Shown here: in pieces, positions 24,170-37,871 of the stretch
Layout of the letters: the number at the start of each line of letters is the position of its first letter
Position numbering within the stretch: the stretch's first letter is position 1
Assembly: GCF_036365525.1 (NCBI RefSeq)
Contig: NC_090393.1
Span: forward strand, 55,938,335 to 56,002,334
Direction of reading: 5' to 3'
From: Heterodontus francisci
Lineage: Eukaryota
DNA length: 64,000 nucleotides
Notes under the pieces: model-generated
Database searches by the model: none
What the model was told of the DNA's origin: nothing
What the model saw: only the letters and a program-made list of their open reading frames with translations
Program-made: the position numbers and the translations under genes

Positions 24170-25073
24170 CGCGTCGGTCTAGTGCCAAGCATATTCAGCT
24201 CCTTCATCAATGATCTTCCTTCCGTCATAAGGTCAAAAGTAAGGATGCTCACTGATGATTGCACAGTGTTCAGTCCCATTGGTAATCCCTCAGATAATGA
24301 AGCAGTCCATGCCCACATGGAGCAAGACCTTTGGCAACATACTGGCTTGAGTTGATAAGTGGTAGTAGCATTTGTGCCACACAAGTGCCAGGAAATAACC
24401 ATCTCCAACAAGAGAGAGTCTAACCATCTCCCTTGACATTCAATTGCATTATCATCGCTGAATCCCCCACGAACAACATCCTGGAGTTTACCATTGACCA
24501 AAAACTAACTGGACAGGCCATATAGATACTGTGGCTAAAAGAGCAGATCAAAGGCTGGGAGTGCTGTGGCGAGTAACTCGCCCCCTGACTCACCAAAGCC
24601 TGTGCACCAGCGACAAGGTACAAGTAAGAGTGTGCTGGAATGCTCCCCACTTGCCTGGATGTGTGCAGCTCCAACAACACTCAAGAAGCTTGACAAAACC
24701 AGGACAAAGCATCCTAGTTGATTAGTACCCCATCCACGACCTTAAACGTTCACTCCCTCCACCACATGTACACAGCCGCAGCAGTGCGCATTATCTACAA
24801 GGTGCACCGCAACAACTCACAAAGGCTCCTTCAGTAGCACCTCCAAATCCGTGACCGCTACAACCTACAAGAACAAGGGCAGCAGGTGTATAGGAGCACC
24901 ACCACCTGCAAATTCCCCTCCAAGTCACACGCCATCCTGACTGGGAACAATATCGCTGTTCCTTCACTGTCACTTGGTCAAAATCCTGGAACTCCCTCTC
25001 TAACAGCACTGTGGATGTACCTATATGACAAAGACTGCAGCAGTTCAATGGGATGGTTCACCACCACTTTCTC
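24170..25073 (+). mobile_element. Non-LTR LINE (CR1/L2 group) 3' part, split by the Gypsy insertion; last ~80 nt at 30700-30780
   Basis: IFSSFINDLPSVIRSKVRMLTDDCTVF RT motif; the 3' UTR 'ccaccactttctc' resumes as 'ttctaaagagcaatt...aataaatgctggc...gaatgaataaaag' after the right-hand LTR. Confidence 0.8.
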
Positions 25074-28000
25074 TGTTATGTTTACGCTGGGTTACTGGGT
25101 TTAGTTTGTAATATCTGATTTAACTCTGAGCAATGCAGATATCACAATGGTGTTAAATAACCAACTGGTTTATTTACAACACATTGAGTTAAAAGTTCTT
25201 ACAGGATTTCAGTACATGTCTTGAGGCAGACAGTATTCTATGGAAGCTTCTAGCAGTCTCTGTCTTAGTTTCACTTTCACACTGCTGCTCCACCAGAGGC
25301 TTAATCAATCAAACACAGTGAACACAGTTAGTGGGCAGACTGATATGATCAAACCCTGATCCATCAAACACTACATTTTCCCTCTTTTTGACTAAAGACA
25401 TTATTTTAAATTAAAGTATTCTAAACAACAAACATCTATACATCAAGTTATTTCTTAGTGTTCAACTTGTCTGTTTTCTCCAAGTACAGAAATAGTCTTT
25501 GAGATAGGAAGGTCTCTTTGGTCTTCAATTAGATCTACGAATTTGAGGTTGTGGATCTGTTTGATCAGCTTGGTGAGGCAGATTATCAACATCATTCATA
25601 GGAAAATGAAATGTATCCTCATGACAACTGTCCTCAATATATTCTGGTCTGCTCCCTATCAAACGTCTCGCATTCCACTTGCTGTTGTCATCCAACAGAT
25701 AAGCATTGGTACCTAACAGACATTTCATCTGCTTTGGACCTGATACTGATGAAGCAATTTCGTGGTCGCGATTCGGCCGTTTGATTCAAACACAATCTCC
25801 AACTTTAAGTTGTGGTTCCCTTGCGCCTGTACATTTGTCAAAATATGCTTTTGTTTTATCTTGTGGCTTTGCGATTCCATCTGCTTTCGCTCTGACATCC
25901 TTGTTAACTGGTAGTGGTGACTTAAGAATGGTCAGTGGCATGCGAAAGTTACAACCTATCATAGGTTCTGCTGGTGTCTTGCCGGTCAGAGAGTGTGGGG
26001 TGGATCGGTATGTGCAGAGTAAGATGACGTGAATGGACTGTTTGAATGTTCACCCCTCTGACATACTAGATTTCAGACTCTCCTTTATCACCCTGTTGAG
26101 CTGTTCAATGCCACCCATTCGACTGTGGGTTGTAGTATGACATCAGCTGGTGATTGATTCTGTAACTGGCTAGGAATTCCGTGAATTGACTTGCAACAAG
26201 CTGTGGTCCATCGTCTGTACTGATAGTCTCCGGCAAACCCCATTTTGTTATTAACTTGTCCAGAATGTCGATGACTGACATGATTGCAATGGAACTTGTC
26301 GCAATTTCCGGCCATTTGCTTTGGAAATCGTGAACAACAAGCAAAAATTGTCGATTCCTTGGGGCTGCTTGCACTTCTCCAAAAATATCAACTTGATACT
26401 GTTACCATGGTTTTGTTGGCCATGGGGTCGGTTTTACAGGCGCAGGACATGGTTGAACAGATTTTTCACTGAGTGCACAAGCTATGCAATTCCTAATGAA
26501 CTCTCCTATACAGCGATGTTTTCCTGGCCACCAGACTGCTTCACGAGATCATTGTTTCATCTTAACACCTGAATGTCCCTCATGGGCAAGGTGCAATACA
26601 TGTTGCTGTAGTGCCTTTGGGATAACTACCCGAGTGCCACGTGCAATGCAGTTATTGCCAAATAATGCGAGTCCATTGTGTACTCTGTAAAACAGGATCC
26701 GTTCTTCCCCTTTGTCACGAGGCCACTCAGATTTGAGGTATTGACTTACTTGCTGCAGTACATCACCTGCTGCTGACTGTCTCCGACTCCTCTCGTGTGA
26801 CCAGAATCGTGGTCACGCACGAAATCACTGTGATCATGTAGTCTTTAATATCACAAGTTGCTTTGCTGTCGCTAACACTATCTGCGACAGTATTATGGCT
26901 AAGCATATTCGCTGCTCAGTTGCATGAACCCCAAGGTACTCCACCGCAGATGACCTGACCATCTGTAGATGCGTAGAGGTCGATGATCTGATCCTGACGT
27001 AGCTAACAATGTAGTCAACGCTTGGTGATCAATGCAAAGAGTAAACTTTCTACCGAAACGATATATTTGCCAATATTCACATGCACAGAGACAGGCTAGT
27101 GCTTCCTGCTGTCCAGTAGAATGTTTACATTCAGTGTCTGGTAATTGGCGTGATGCATAAGCTATTGGTCATTCACATCCATCAATGGACTGTGAGACTA
27201 CAGCGCCAGTTGCAGTTCCCAACGCATCTGTCATGACATACATTTCTGCATGTGGGCAGAAATGCATGAGGACTGGTGGAGATGCTATCTTTGCCTTTAA
27301 CATTTCAAATGTTGATTGCTGTGTGACAGTGCATTCCCATTGAACCTCTTTATGAAGTAGCTTCCGAAGAGGCTACGCAATCTTTGCATAATTAGGAAAG
27401 AATTTATGATAGAAGTTGGTAGTACCTAGAAACAATGCCAATTCCTTCACATTAGACGGTGTTGGAAGTGCATGAAGGACTTTGACTTTGTGTGTAGGCT
27501 TTACTCAAGCTGCTGTCACTCTGTAACATAGAAAGTCAATCTCAGGTGCCGCAAATATGCATTTGTCCTTGAGAATCAAATTGTGTTTTACAAGCTGAGT
27601 GAGCACTGCTGATAATTGTTGCAGTCCGAAGGGATCATTTCCTCCACAACACCCTCCAGTACCCCCACCACCTCGTCCCCTTCCCACAGCACCTTCCTCT
27701 GCAATAGCAGGAGGTGTAATACCTGCCCATTTACCTCCTCTCTCCTCGCTATCCAAGGCCCCAAACACTCCTTTCAGGTGAAGCAGCGATTTACTTGTAC
27801 TTTCAATGTAGTATACTATATTTGCTGCTCGCAATGTGGTCTCCTCTACATTGGGGAGACCAAACACAGATTAGGTGACCACTTTGCGGAACACCTCCAC
27901 TCAGTCCAAAAGCATGACCCTGAGCTTCGGTTGCTGGCCATTTCAACACTCCCCCCTGCTCTCATGCCCACATCTCTGTCCTGGGATTGCTGCAGTGTTT

Positions 28001-30699
28001 CAGTGAACATCAATGCAAGCTCGAGGAACAGCAACTCATTTACTGATTAGGCACACTACAGCCTGCCAGACCGAACATTGAGTTCAATAATTTCAGAGCA
28101 TGATGGGCCACCCTTTTTATTTTTATTTTGAGTTATTTTTTCTTTTTTCTTTTATTATGTGTTTATTTTATTTTAGTTTGTTTTGTTTGTTTCTACTGTG
28201 CCTACCCACTGTTTTTTTCATGTTTGTGCTTGTGGCCAGGCTGTTCAGTTTTCTGTCAATTAACACCCTCTCTGTACTAACACTTTGTCTTTCACCACAC
28301 CATTAACATACTGTTTGCCTTTGCTCCATGGTCTTCTGGTCAGTTATTCTCTGTGACCTTGTCCTAGCAACACCTTCTCCTTTGTTACGTCTTGCCCCAA
28401 CCCCGCTTTATTTGCTTAAACCCTATTGCATTTCTGGCCTCTGCCAGTTCTGATGAAGGGTTACTGACCTGAAACGTTAACTCTGCTTCTCTTTCCACAG
28501 ATGCTGCCAGACCTGCTGAGTATTTCCGGCATTTCTTGTTTTTATTTCAGATTTCCAGCATCTGCAGTATTTTGCTTTTATGTTTGTTGATCATGTTCAG
28601 CTTTGTCCCGACCTTGGACAACGACATCCTCAAGTAGGTTGAGCATCCTTTCAACATCCGACAAGACTGAAGAAACTATCTCTTGGAATGCGCTAGGTGC
28701 TGAATTTAGTCCATATGGCATTCTTCAGTACTGAAACACACCTTCATGAGTAACAAAGGCGGTAAGATATCGGTTTTGTTCTGCTAGTGGTATCTGGAGA
28801 TAACTCTGTCGCATATCAAGCTTTGTGAAGACTGTAGAATCATGAAATGATGTTGACAGTTCTTGAATTGTAGGAAGTGGTCACTTGTCTGGTATGATAG
28901 CTTTGTTGACTGCCTTTAGGTCAATGCATCGCCGAAGTTCACCATTTTTTTGTCGCGCAATGAATAGATTTGATATCCACGGCGATGAGTCGATTCATTC
29001 AATGATGCCATCTGCTTCTAGTCATTTCAGTCCCTGTGACACTTCAGCACGGATTGCAAATGGCAGCCATCTCAAACTTTGTGCAACTGGTCGAATTGAT
29101 GTATCAACGCGAGGAGCATAACAGTACCCTTTGATCTCCCCAAATCCAGTAAATAAGGAAGGATACTGGCATGCATACTCTGCATTGTCAATCCCATTAA
29201 TGTGCGCTCCTGTGGGTCTTCAAGCTTGAATCCAAGTGTATCGAAAAGATTTACCCCAATAAATCTTTGGTCTTAATTACATAAAAAGTGAAGCTGTCTA
29301 GGGTGACGTTTTTGAAGCGTACTGGAACTGTGATCATCCCTGAAACTGGAATGATAGTGATAAGCTTGAAGAGAGTCTGTTGCAGGAGTGAGAGAGAATT
29401 GTGAAAAATACTTATGGTAGAGTTTGTCACTCAAAATAGATACTTTCATGCCAACATCAATCAGAAGTGTCACTGAGATGCCTGCGATCTCGACTGAGCA
29501 CTCCTTAAAGTGACCTGGTGCTTTACTTTCTGCGCTGGAATATATGTGTTGCACCTCATTCTCAGGAAGAGACTCCCCTACGTGTTAAACTGATGAAGTC
29601 TTTTCCTTTGACAACCTAGTTTCACTTTGAACATGAGTTAGATTTTTTTCCTCAACCGGGACATGGCATTGTGACTTGATGAGGATTTCCACAATTTGGG
29701 CAGTTTTGCAGTTAACAGACCATGATGGGGCACATTTTGATGAGGTTGCTGAAGATTTCCTGTCCTCAACCCTTGCACGGAAACTGGTTGGGCAAGCTTT
29801 GTCTGCAACCTTGAGTCTAAGGGTGCATGTGTGTGTAACCTCTTCGAATGTAACATGGCAAATTCGATCTGGACTGCTAAGGTTATGGATTTTTCCAAGG
29901 TTAAATCATTATCTTCCATGAGAAGACGTTCCCTAATTCGTGGAATTGAAGTCTTTTCAATTAATTGGTCATGAATTAGTTCATTGGTTAATGTGCCAAA
30001 TTTGCATGCAGATGCCAATTGCTGCAATGCTGTCACATATTGTTTAATGGACTCGTCATGTCCCTGGGATCTCTGGCGGAATGCATATTGCTCTATCATC
30101 ACATTTTCTTTGGCCTGAAATATTTTCTGAGAGCACTCACTGCCGTATCAAATGTAGACATATCTTCTGTGAGCTGCTCGAAGACACACTGGCCTTCTGC
30201 TCCAAAACAATGTACGAGTATTGCTTTCTTATGATTTACTGCTATATCTGGACTGTCCATCCCCGTAGAGAGCAAGTACATCTTGAGCCCCGAAATCCAT
30301 TGCTTCCCAGCACAAAGAAGGATTTCCTGGTGTCAGAAGGAAAAATTCTGGAACTGGTAACATTAGATTTTGTTGAGTCATCTTCAGCACCACCTTTATG
30401 TTATGTTTCCACTGGGTTACTGAATTTTGTTTGTAATATCTGGTTTAACTCAGAGCAATGCAGATATCACACTGGTGTTAAATAACCAACTGGATTATGT
30501 ACAACACATTAACTTAAAAGTTAAAAGGATTTCAGTACTTGTCTTGAGGCAGACAGTACTCTATGGAAGCTTCTAGCAGTCTCTGTCTTAGTTTCACTTT
30601 CACACTGCAGCTCCATCAAGAGGCTTAAGCAATCAAACACAGTGAAAACAGTGAGTGAGCAGACTGATACGATCAAACCCTGATCCATCGAACACTGCA
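25074..30699 (-). mobile_element. Full-length decayed Gypsy LTR retrotransposon
   Basis: Direct LTRs 25074-25375 and 30399-30699 (TG...CA); TSD ttctc/ttcta; PBS-like TGGTG and PPT (aaaaagagggaaaa) on the minus strand; gag 29638-30281, protease LLIDVG 29273-29554, RT/RNase H ~26900-29150, integrase WGLPETISTDDGPQ...YNPQSNG 26105-26374. Confidence 0.92.
27625..28580 (+). mobile_element. Penelope-like element 3' end (GIY-YIG endonuclease + pLTR with hammerhead core), nested in the Gypsy
   Basis: CNSRRCNTC...NVVYYICCSQCGLLYIGETKHRLGDHFAEH (27616-28050); CTGATGA...GAAA core at 28450-28474. Confidence 0.85.
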
Positions 30700-31354
30700 T
30701 TCTAAAGAGCAATTATGGGTGGAAAATAAATGCTGGCTGCACCAGTGATGCTCACAGCCTACGAATGAATAAAAGAAAACTCATTTGTGCCCAAAATTCC
30801 AAAATTATTTTAGCCAGGTCTTGATTGTGTTTCTCTTTGGGCGTAGAACAGTGTTTAATATGCGGTGGAAAATCATGTGTTAACGATGCTTTTGAGAGGA
30901 CAAATTTATTAAAATCTCATAAAAATTAGCTGGGTGATTTTGCCATTGTTTTTAAGAGTTGCAAGCATTTTGTACTGACCAGCACATTTGCTTGTAATGC
31001 GATCTCTGATGTACAATTCAACTAGCGAGTATATGTGGAAAAGTTGATGCAACAGTGAAAAGTTCTTTCAAAATCTCCCCCCATTTATTACCTCCATCTT
31101 CGCTATACTTTCTCAGTGAGATGTATTTTACAGGATCTTGCTGCTGGCAGAAAATATCATCTCTTGCTTTTAAATGTAATGATGCGTTTCTTCTTGTAGA
31201 CCAATCTGTCAACGTTGTAAATTTTAAATGGGTTATTATGCATCGGAAGAAATTTTTGTGGTATTAGCGCCTCAGTACCTTATTTCACTGTGTATCAGCG
31301 CCACCTTCTGGAAAAGAAATATAACAACAATTTCTGTTTGCGGTCACTGCAGAA

Positions 31355-31805
31355 TTCCTTCCTTTCTTCCTTTCCTTCCTTTTGGCCTCCTTGTCTGAGA
31401 CACCATGGGTAAACGCCCAGTGGTCTGTGGTGCAGTGCCTGGAGTGGCTAGAAAAGCCAATTCTAGAGTGACAGATTCTTCCACGGGCGCTGCAGGTATA
31501 GTTGGGCGTCGGGGCTGTTACACATTTGACTCTCTCTTTACACTGCTGTCTCTTTTCCTGACAACTACGGAGTCTCTTCGACTCGCCTCTCTTCAGCCCC
31601 GACATTTTCGCTGTCTGCCAGCTCTGGCGATCGCTGGCAATTGGCTCCCACGACTTGTGGTCAATGTCGCAAGACTTCATGCTGCGTTTGCAAACGTCTT
31701 TAAAGCAGAGACATGGAGGGCCGTAGGGTCTGATACCAGTGACAAGCTTACTGTACAATACGTCCTTGGGGATCCTGCCATCTTCCATGCGGCTCACATG
31801 GCCAC
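31355..31805 (-). mobile_element. Older short RTE copy of the same family as 12.8-15.4 kb
   Basis: ORF 31285-31797 (SRMEDGRIPKDVLYS...ICHSRIGFSSHSRHC) aligns to the C-terminus of the 908-aa ORF; GGAA-like tail. Confidence 0.9.
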
Positions 31806-32349
31806 TAGGCTAACACTGCAGAATACCGCCATCATTTCCAATCATTCTTTTAACATGCATTTCCTTCTGTGTTTTCCACATAATAAATCGAATCGTTAGT
31901 TCTAAAACATAAAGCACCATTTTCAAAATCAATGCTTAATTAATTATTGCGATATTAACTCAACTAGCTGCACAGAGGTGTCAAACCAGAGTTAAATATT
32001 TGGTGGTATCATTATGCTATAGGTATTGCTCTAAGCGTAGCATGTCTATGACAAATTATTACAACATATTTAAAGAACAGAAATAGGCTATTCTGCCCAA
32101 AAAGCCCAACAGGTCTATGTTATGTTTATGCTGCACTTGAGCCATCAATATTTTTTTCTATTCCTTTCTCCCTCATGTGCTTATCTATTTTCCCCTTGCA
32201 TCCATCTGTGCCATTCATCTGAATTTGTGTACCTTCTCCAGTGCCGCTATTTCCTTTTTATAATATGTAGATCAAAACTGTTCCCAGTACTCCAAGTGTG
32301 GTCGAACCAGGGTTCTATGTAAGTTTGATGCAACTTCTTTGTTTTTTAA

Positions 32350-34095
32350 TATTTGTCAGAGAGCAGGGACAATGAGCAGGTTCGCTAATTGGCAGACTGG
32401 GAGATGTGGTGTCCTGCAAGGATCTGTGTATCTGTCTTGGGGCCTCAACTATTCACCATATTTATTAATGACTTAGGTAGCCGTATATCCAAATTTGCTG
32501 ATGACACAAAGATAGGTGGTAAGCAATGTAAATGACAGCATAAAATTATAAACAGGTATTCTTAGATTAAGTGAATGGGCAAAAAATGGCAAATGAATTT
32601 CAGTGCAAGCAAATGTTAGGTCATCCATTTTGGACCTATAAAGGATACAACAGGGAACTTTCTAAATGGTGAAAAGAAAAAGCCTTACATTTATACAGTA
32701 CCTTTCATGAAAACATGAGTGCAACCGCCCCCACCGTCCCTCCCCCTCCCCCCCATTGCCCCCAGGCCCCAAAGCCTTTTAGAGCCAATGAAGTAGTTTT
32801 TACATGACCGTTGTAACGCAGGAAAACTAGAAACATTAGAGACTCAAAGATGCTTTGGGGAGCAGGTACATAGATCATTAAAATGTCATGAACAGGCATG
32901 TAAAATTATCGAAACGACTAGTAGAATGCTGCACTTTGTATCTAGTTAAATAGGATACAAGAAGTAAAAGTAATGCTTCAACTTTACAAAGCCCTGGTTA
33001 GACACACCTGGAGTACTGTCAGCAGTTCAGGACGCCACACCTTAGGAAGGATATATTGGCCTTAGACAGTGTGCAGCGTAGATTGACTAGAATGATACCT
33101 GAGCTCCAAGAGTTTAAGCTACATCATCACCATCATCATGATACCTAGAGTCCAAGGGTTTAAGCTACAAGAGATTAAACAAACTAGGGTTGTATTCCCT
33201 GGAATTTAGATGGTTATCAGGTGATTTGATCAAAGTTTTAAAGATATTAAGGTGAAGAGATAGGGTCGATAGAGAGAAACTATTTACACTGGTTTGAAAG
33301 TCTAGGACTAAGGGGCATAAACTAAAAATTAGAGCCAGATCTTGCAGGAGTTAAATTAAGAAACACCTCTAAATGCAAAGGGATGTAGAAGTTTGGAATT
33401 CTCTTCCACAAATAACAACTGATGCTAGATTAATTGTTATTTTAAAACTGAGATTGATAGATTTTTGTTAAACAAAGGTATGAAGGGATGCGAGAGAAAG
33501 GCAGGTATGTGGAGTTAGGTCACAGATCAGACATGATCTTTTTGAACGGCAGACAGGCTTCAGGGCCTAAATGGTCGACTCCTCTTCTTATGTACCAATG
33601 GTGCTATGAGTTACTGGTATGGCAGATGGTCGTGGCAATGTTATAATTTGATGATATAATAAGGTATTAAGGATATGGAGTTAAAGTGGGTAAATGGGGT
33701 TAGGATGCAGATCAGCCATAACCTCATTGAACGACAGACCAGGCTTGAGCAGCTGAATTGCCTACGGCTATTCCCATTTTCCTAACACACTTGAGTTCAG
33801 GCAACTTCCTTTACCAGCCGTTCAAGTATAAGTTTCATTCAGTGTACAATAGTATTGCAGTAAATAATACAGCATTGTAGTAAGTAGAAACGTTGTATTT
33901 AAGGAAAAGTAGGTGCAAAGTCGTTGAGTATATTCAAGGCGGAGATCGATAGATTTATAGATACTAAAGATATCAAGACATGTGGAGATAGTGCGGGAAA
34001 ATGGCGTTGAGGTAGAAGATCAGCCATGATCTAGTTGAATGGTGGAGCAGCCTCGAGGAGCCGAATGGCCTACTCCTACTCCTAATGTTCCTAAC
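32350..34095 (+). mobile_element. Old CR1 3' fragment plus two extra CR1 3' ends
   Basis: KFADDTK at ~32490 and a degenerate RT tail to ~33600; further 3' UTR copies at 33660-33785 and 33915-34095. Confidence 0.75.
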
Positions 34096-34647
34096 GTGTT
34101 ATCTATAAGCCAGAGGAGGCTACCTAACAGGCAGTTGAATCAGGATGTGAATCAACCCACTGCAGTGAGCATGTAGTTGAGTATCCACCACCAACTGTGC
34201 ATTAAGTGAGCTCAAACAGGAACACATATTCCGCAAGTGAACAAATGAGTGTGAGAGCAGATAAGAGTAAAGTGAAGAAGTTTGCTCCGCAGGCAGAGGC
34301 GGGAGGCGGGATTTGGTGGGTTGGGGTGTGTTGACGATTGATTTATTTCTGGTTTAACCTTGTTAGCCATTTTCAGTAGAACTATTTTTGTAAGGTTAGT
34401 TACAGTGAGACGCAAGTAGACTGAGCACCATGTTTAAATTAACTATTTAGGATGACAGTGAACTCACGGGAGAAACTGGCATTGTGCAAATGTAAGACAG
34501 CGGACACTTTTTGGTTAAAGACGCCTTTTCTGGCAATACTCCGCTTTAAGTTTCTGGCAATACTTCGCTGTGAGAACTAGTTCAACGCAAGCCGAAATAG
34601 CCCAATGAGTTCGATGCCATCTTTTAATACTATATCGTTTACTATAT

Positions 34648-34991
34648 TTTAGTTTAGTTTAGAGATACAGCACTGAAACAGGCCCTTCGGCCCACCGAGT
34701 CTGTGCCGACCATCAACAACCCATTTATACTAATCCTACACGAATCCCATATTCCTACCACATCCCCACCTATCCCTATATTTCCCTACCACCTACCTAT
34801 ACTAGGGTCAATTTATAATAGCCAATTTACCTACCAAGTCTTTTTGGCTTGTGAGAGGAAACCGGAGCACCCGGAGGAAGAACAGGGAGAACTTGCAAAC
34901 TCCACACAGGCAGTACCCAGAATTGAACCCGGGTCGCTGGAGCTGTGAGACTGCGGTGCTAACCACTGCGCCACTGTGCCACCCATGTGCC
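34648..34991 (-). mobile_element. tRNA-derived SINE with 7-bp TSD
   Basis: Minus-strand head TGGCGCAGTGG (A box)...GGTTCAATTC (B box); (CTAAA)n tail; TSD actatat at 34641-34647 and 34992-34998. Confidence 0.9.
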
Positions 34992-36136
34992 ACTATATGT
35001 GGGAACAATTATAATATTCGAATTACAAGTCATTTGAAAGCTCAAAATAAGCGCTAAGTTTATCTTGCTGACAATAACCTCCCGCTATATTTCAAGCTGC
35101 AAAACCTAGTTTATTTTTTTGTTATTTTGCAAAGCTAATTTTCCACCAAAACCTACTGCAGCAGCATGCTAAAATATGTAGAATATTTCATAATGGGCTG
35201 CTTTGAGTGGGGGTCGAAGAATTAAATATTTTAATCAGCATACTACAAGATGTCAATATTGGGCGTGAAGTCGTTCATTTAGACGCTGTCGCCACAAGTC
35301 ACCATCAAGGACAGTCAGGAGGAACACACAACTCCCTCTACTTCATCCCAACAATGTGTCATGGCGCAAGGAGTCGTTAAAAACTGTCCCGCTAAATGTG
35401 GGGGTGTCATGCTGAAATGGCTGTATATGGTTTAATGTTGAGCAATCTTTCACAACATTATTCTCAATGAGAAAATCTTGGAAATCATAAACGTTGAAAA
35501 TCGAAAGCAATCCTTGGCCTTGTACTGCAAGTGAGCGGAGCAAGTTGTAATCAACTCAACCTTGTGCCATTAGGAGTGGGGCTGAGGTGAGAGTGCAATG
35601 TACATGTTTTAATACTTTGGATGTATCTGAATCTGATTTTGAAAACCGTTATAAACTAAGCTTTTGCAAAACCGAATTACTGGCATGTCTCCGCGCCGTG
35701 TTAACTTCCCAATGTAGGGCATACCCAACGCTGCATCAGGGACAATGTAAATAAGGTCAGTGAGTCGTCAGATTTGCCTCGGGTTACTGAAAAAAAAACA
35801 GAAGTGGTTTCCAGCGCGACGGCGCCTAGAACTCAGTCATGACCTTGCCCACAGTGGTAGTGCGAGGTCCGCAGACCGTTAATTCGGGTCAGTAGCTTTG
35901 GTCTTTTTAAGTGCACTTGTATTGGTTACACTCACACAGTTTCAGATCCATTCAGTGTCATATTGTAAAGGTTGCTTCCCCACCCCCCTTCAAAGCAACT
36001 GTAAATCACGAGACTCAACACTCAGCAAAATCGCCGCGTGAAAATCGCTAAGACAGCAAACAAAAGATATACTTACACAGAACAGTTGATTTCACCTCAT
36101 TGAAAATAGGCAGGTTCAGCCGTTCCAGTTGCGAAC

Positions 36137-36233
36137 ATGAATCAATCAAGTACCAAGGGCACAAGAGCTCATACAAACACCTTTCACAGTTTAAACATAT
36201 CTGATAATGAGGACTCTGTAATGGTCGACGAAG
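36137..36233 (+). CDS. Type II membrane (probable C-type lectin) gene, coding exon 1: cytoplasmic tail
   Basis: aacATG MNQSSTKGTRAHTNTFHSLNISDNEDSVMVDE, G|GTAACT phase-1 donor; in frame with the next exon. Confidence 0.7.
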
Positions 36234-36352
36234 GTAACTAACACTATTAAAACGTGCTGTACGGATTTTTAAGTTTGGAAACACTGCTATGTTGCTTTAG
36301 TCTTTCATTGTTCAAGTTCGCTTTTTCTATTGTCATTTATATATTCTAACAG

Positions 36353-36466
36353 GGTTCAACTGGGCTCGATTGACAAAACCAAGGAAAAGGGACAAAAATA
36401 TTTGGATTGTTCTTACGTTGTGCCTTTGTTGCTTAGGATTTGTGACAGGAATGGTCATTGTTACAT
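36353..36466 (+). CDS. Type II membrane gene, exon 2: basic stretch + transmembrane helix
   Basis: Pyrimidine-rich acceptor ...ctaacAG; (G)FNWARLTKPRKRDKNIWIVLTLCLCCLGFVTGMVIVT; GTAAGT donor; 114 nt, phase 1-1. Confidence 0.82.
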
Positions 36467-36815
36467 GTAAGTATTGATACTCCGATACATATATGTGCTG
36501 TTACATTACTGGATCTTCAGAACATCTCTGTAGACCTTAGCTGAACCGATAGAAATTCCTCGGTGTGACTCATGCCTGTGCACCAATTGTACCTACTACA
36601 GTTGTCTTTCAAATTAGACCTTCATTTGGATCACAATAGCTTCAGATCACCATATTTTCTTTTTTTTTAATTAATTTATGATTACCTTAAAGATAAGTTA
36701 ACTATTAGGCTCCCCACCCAATATTCAGTTCCTTTCACGCAAATAGAACATGTATGACAGGCGGCCGTTACCATACCGCCCGTTTGGCGCTACAACACCA
36801 GACCAATTTCTACCT

Positions 36816-37871
36816 CGTTACGACCTGGTGAGAAAAAGGTCTAGGGATCCCTTTCAGCCTTCACCTGGTCTTACTGAACAGGGTTTAATTTTAGACACAT
36901 CGTGTTTTTAGCTCCCATTTGGTGAATCCCTGTGCACCCTTTTCCAATTATGAGGCAAATAAACCAGAACAAACAGGCTTTCTTAGGTTCAAAGAAGAAA
37001 AGTTGAAATTTATTAAACTTGAACTTAAACTCTAATTCGGTTGACACTTAAGATATAAGATGCACCCATGCTAGCTTGCATACGTGATGCACACATGCAA
37101 ATAGAGACAGAAAAGAGCAGAAGAAAAATAAAGTGGAAAAGTTTGAGGCAATATCTGAATAGTTTTTGTTACGGTTCTTCAAGCTCACTGTAGAGTCCTT
37201 GATTATAGGTAGATTTTGCTTTTTGTTGGGGCCCAGTATTCTTCTTCAAACCTGTTCGCTGCAGGAGACTTTTCACTCTTGGGGTTCATGTGTCTTCAGT
37301 GGATTCAGAGGTTTATGGGAGCAGTAAGGACAGATCTTCTCAGTCTAGGAGCAAACATATCTTCTCAGTTCAAACTATTTGTACAAATCAGAAAATCTTA
37401 GGTTGCCAAGCAGGTTGGCCATGTGACTAACTGGTCTGACCATGTCTTGGCTCTGTGGATTGTATCATCTTAGCAAGGCCTGGAATGCTCCTCTTACACA
37501 CAATACCTGGTAATCAACCTGTGGGTTGAATGTGTCAGGTAATGTCCTTCCAATTACTAGCTGTTAATATGAAAATATCTTTTCCAGCCACGGTGATCTG
37601 TTTAACAAGTCTTTTCTTACTCCAGTAACAGTTTAAAATCAATGTTAACGTTTCAGGTCAGTGACCTTTCATCAGAACCTTTCTGAAATGACCTGAAACG
37701 TTAACTCTGCTTCTCCCCACAGATGCTGCCAGACCTGCTGAGTATTTCCAGCAATTTTTTGTTTTTATTTCAGATTTACAGCATCTGCAGTATTTTGCTT
37801 TTAGTTTAAAACCAATGCTTATGAGAAAATTAGTGCGCCTCATTCTTGGCAGGTGGGGGCCCAGCATGACA
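36816..37871. repeat. Solo LTR containing a Penelope/hammerhead insertion (37644-37802)
   Basis: Collinear with 47347-48204; ends GCATGACA; the insertion is flanked by duplicated agtttaaaa(t/c)caatg. Confidence 0.7.

Noticed and set aside
34915-34984. tRNA gene
   Set aside because: The A/B boxes belong to a SINE head, with body, tail and TSD; the same applies at 63704.
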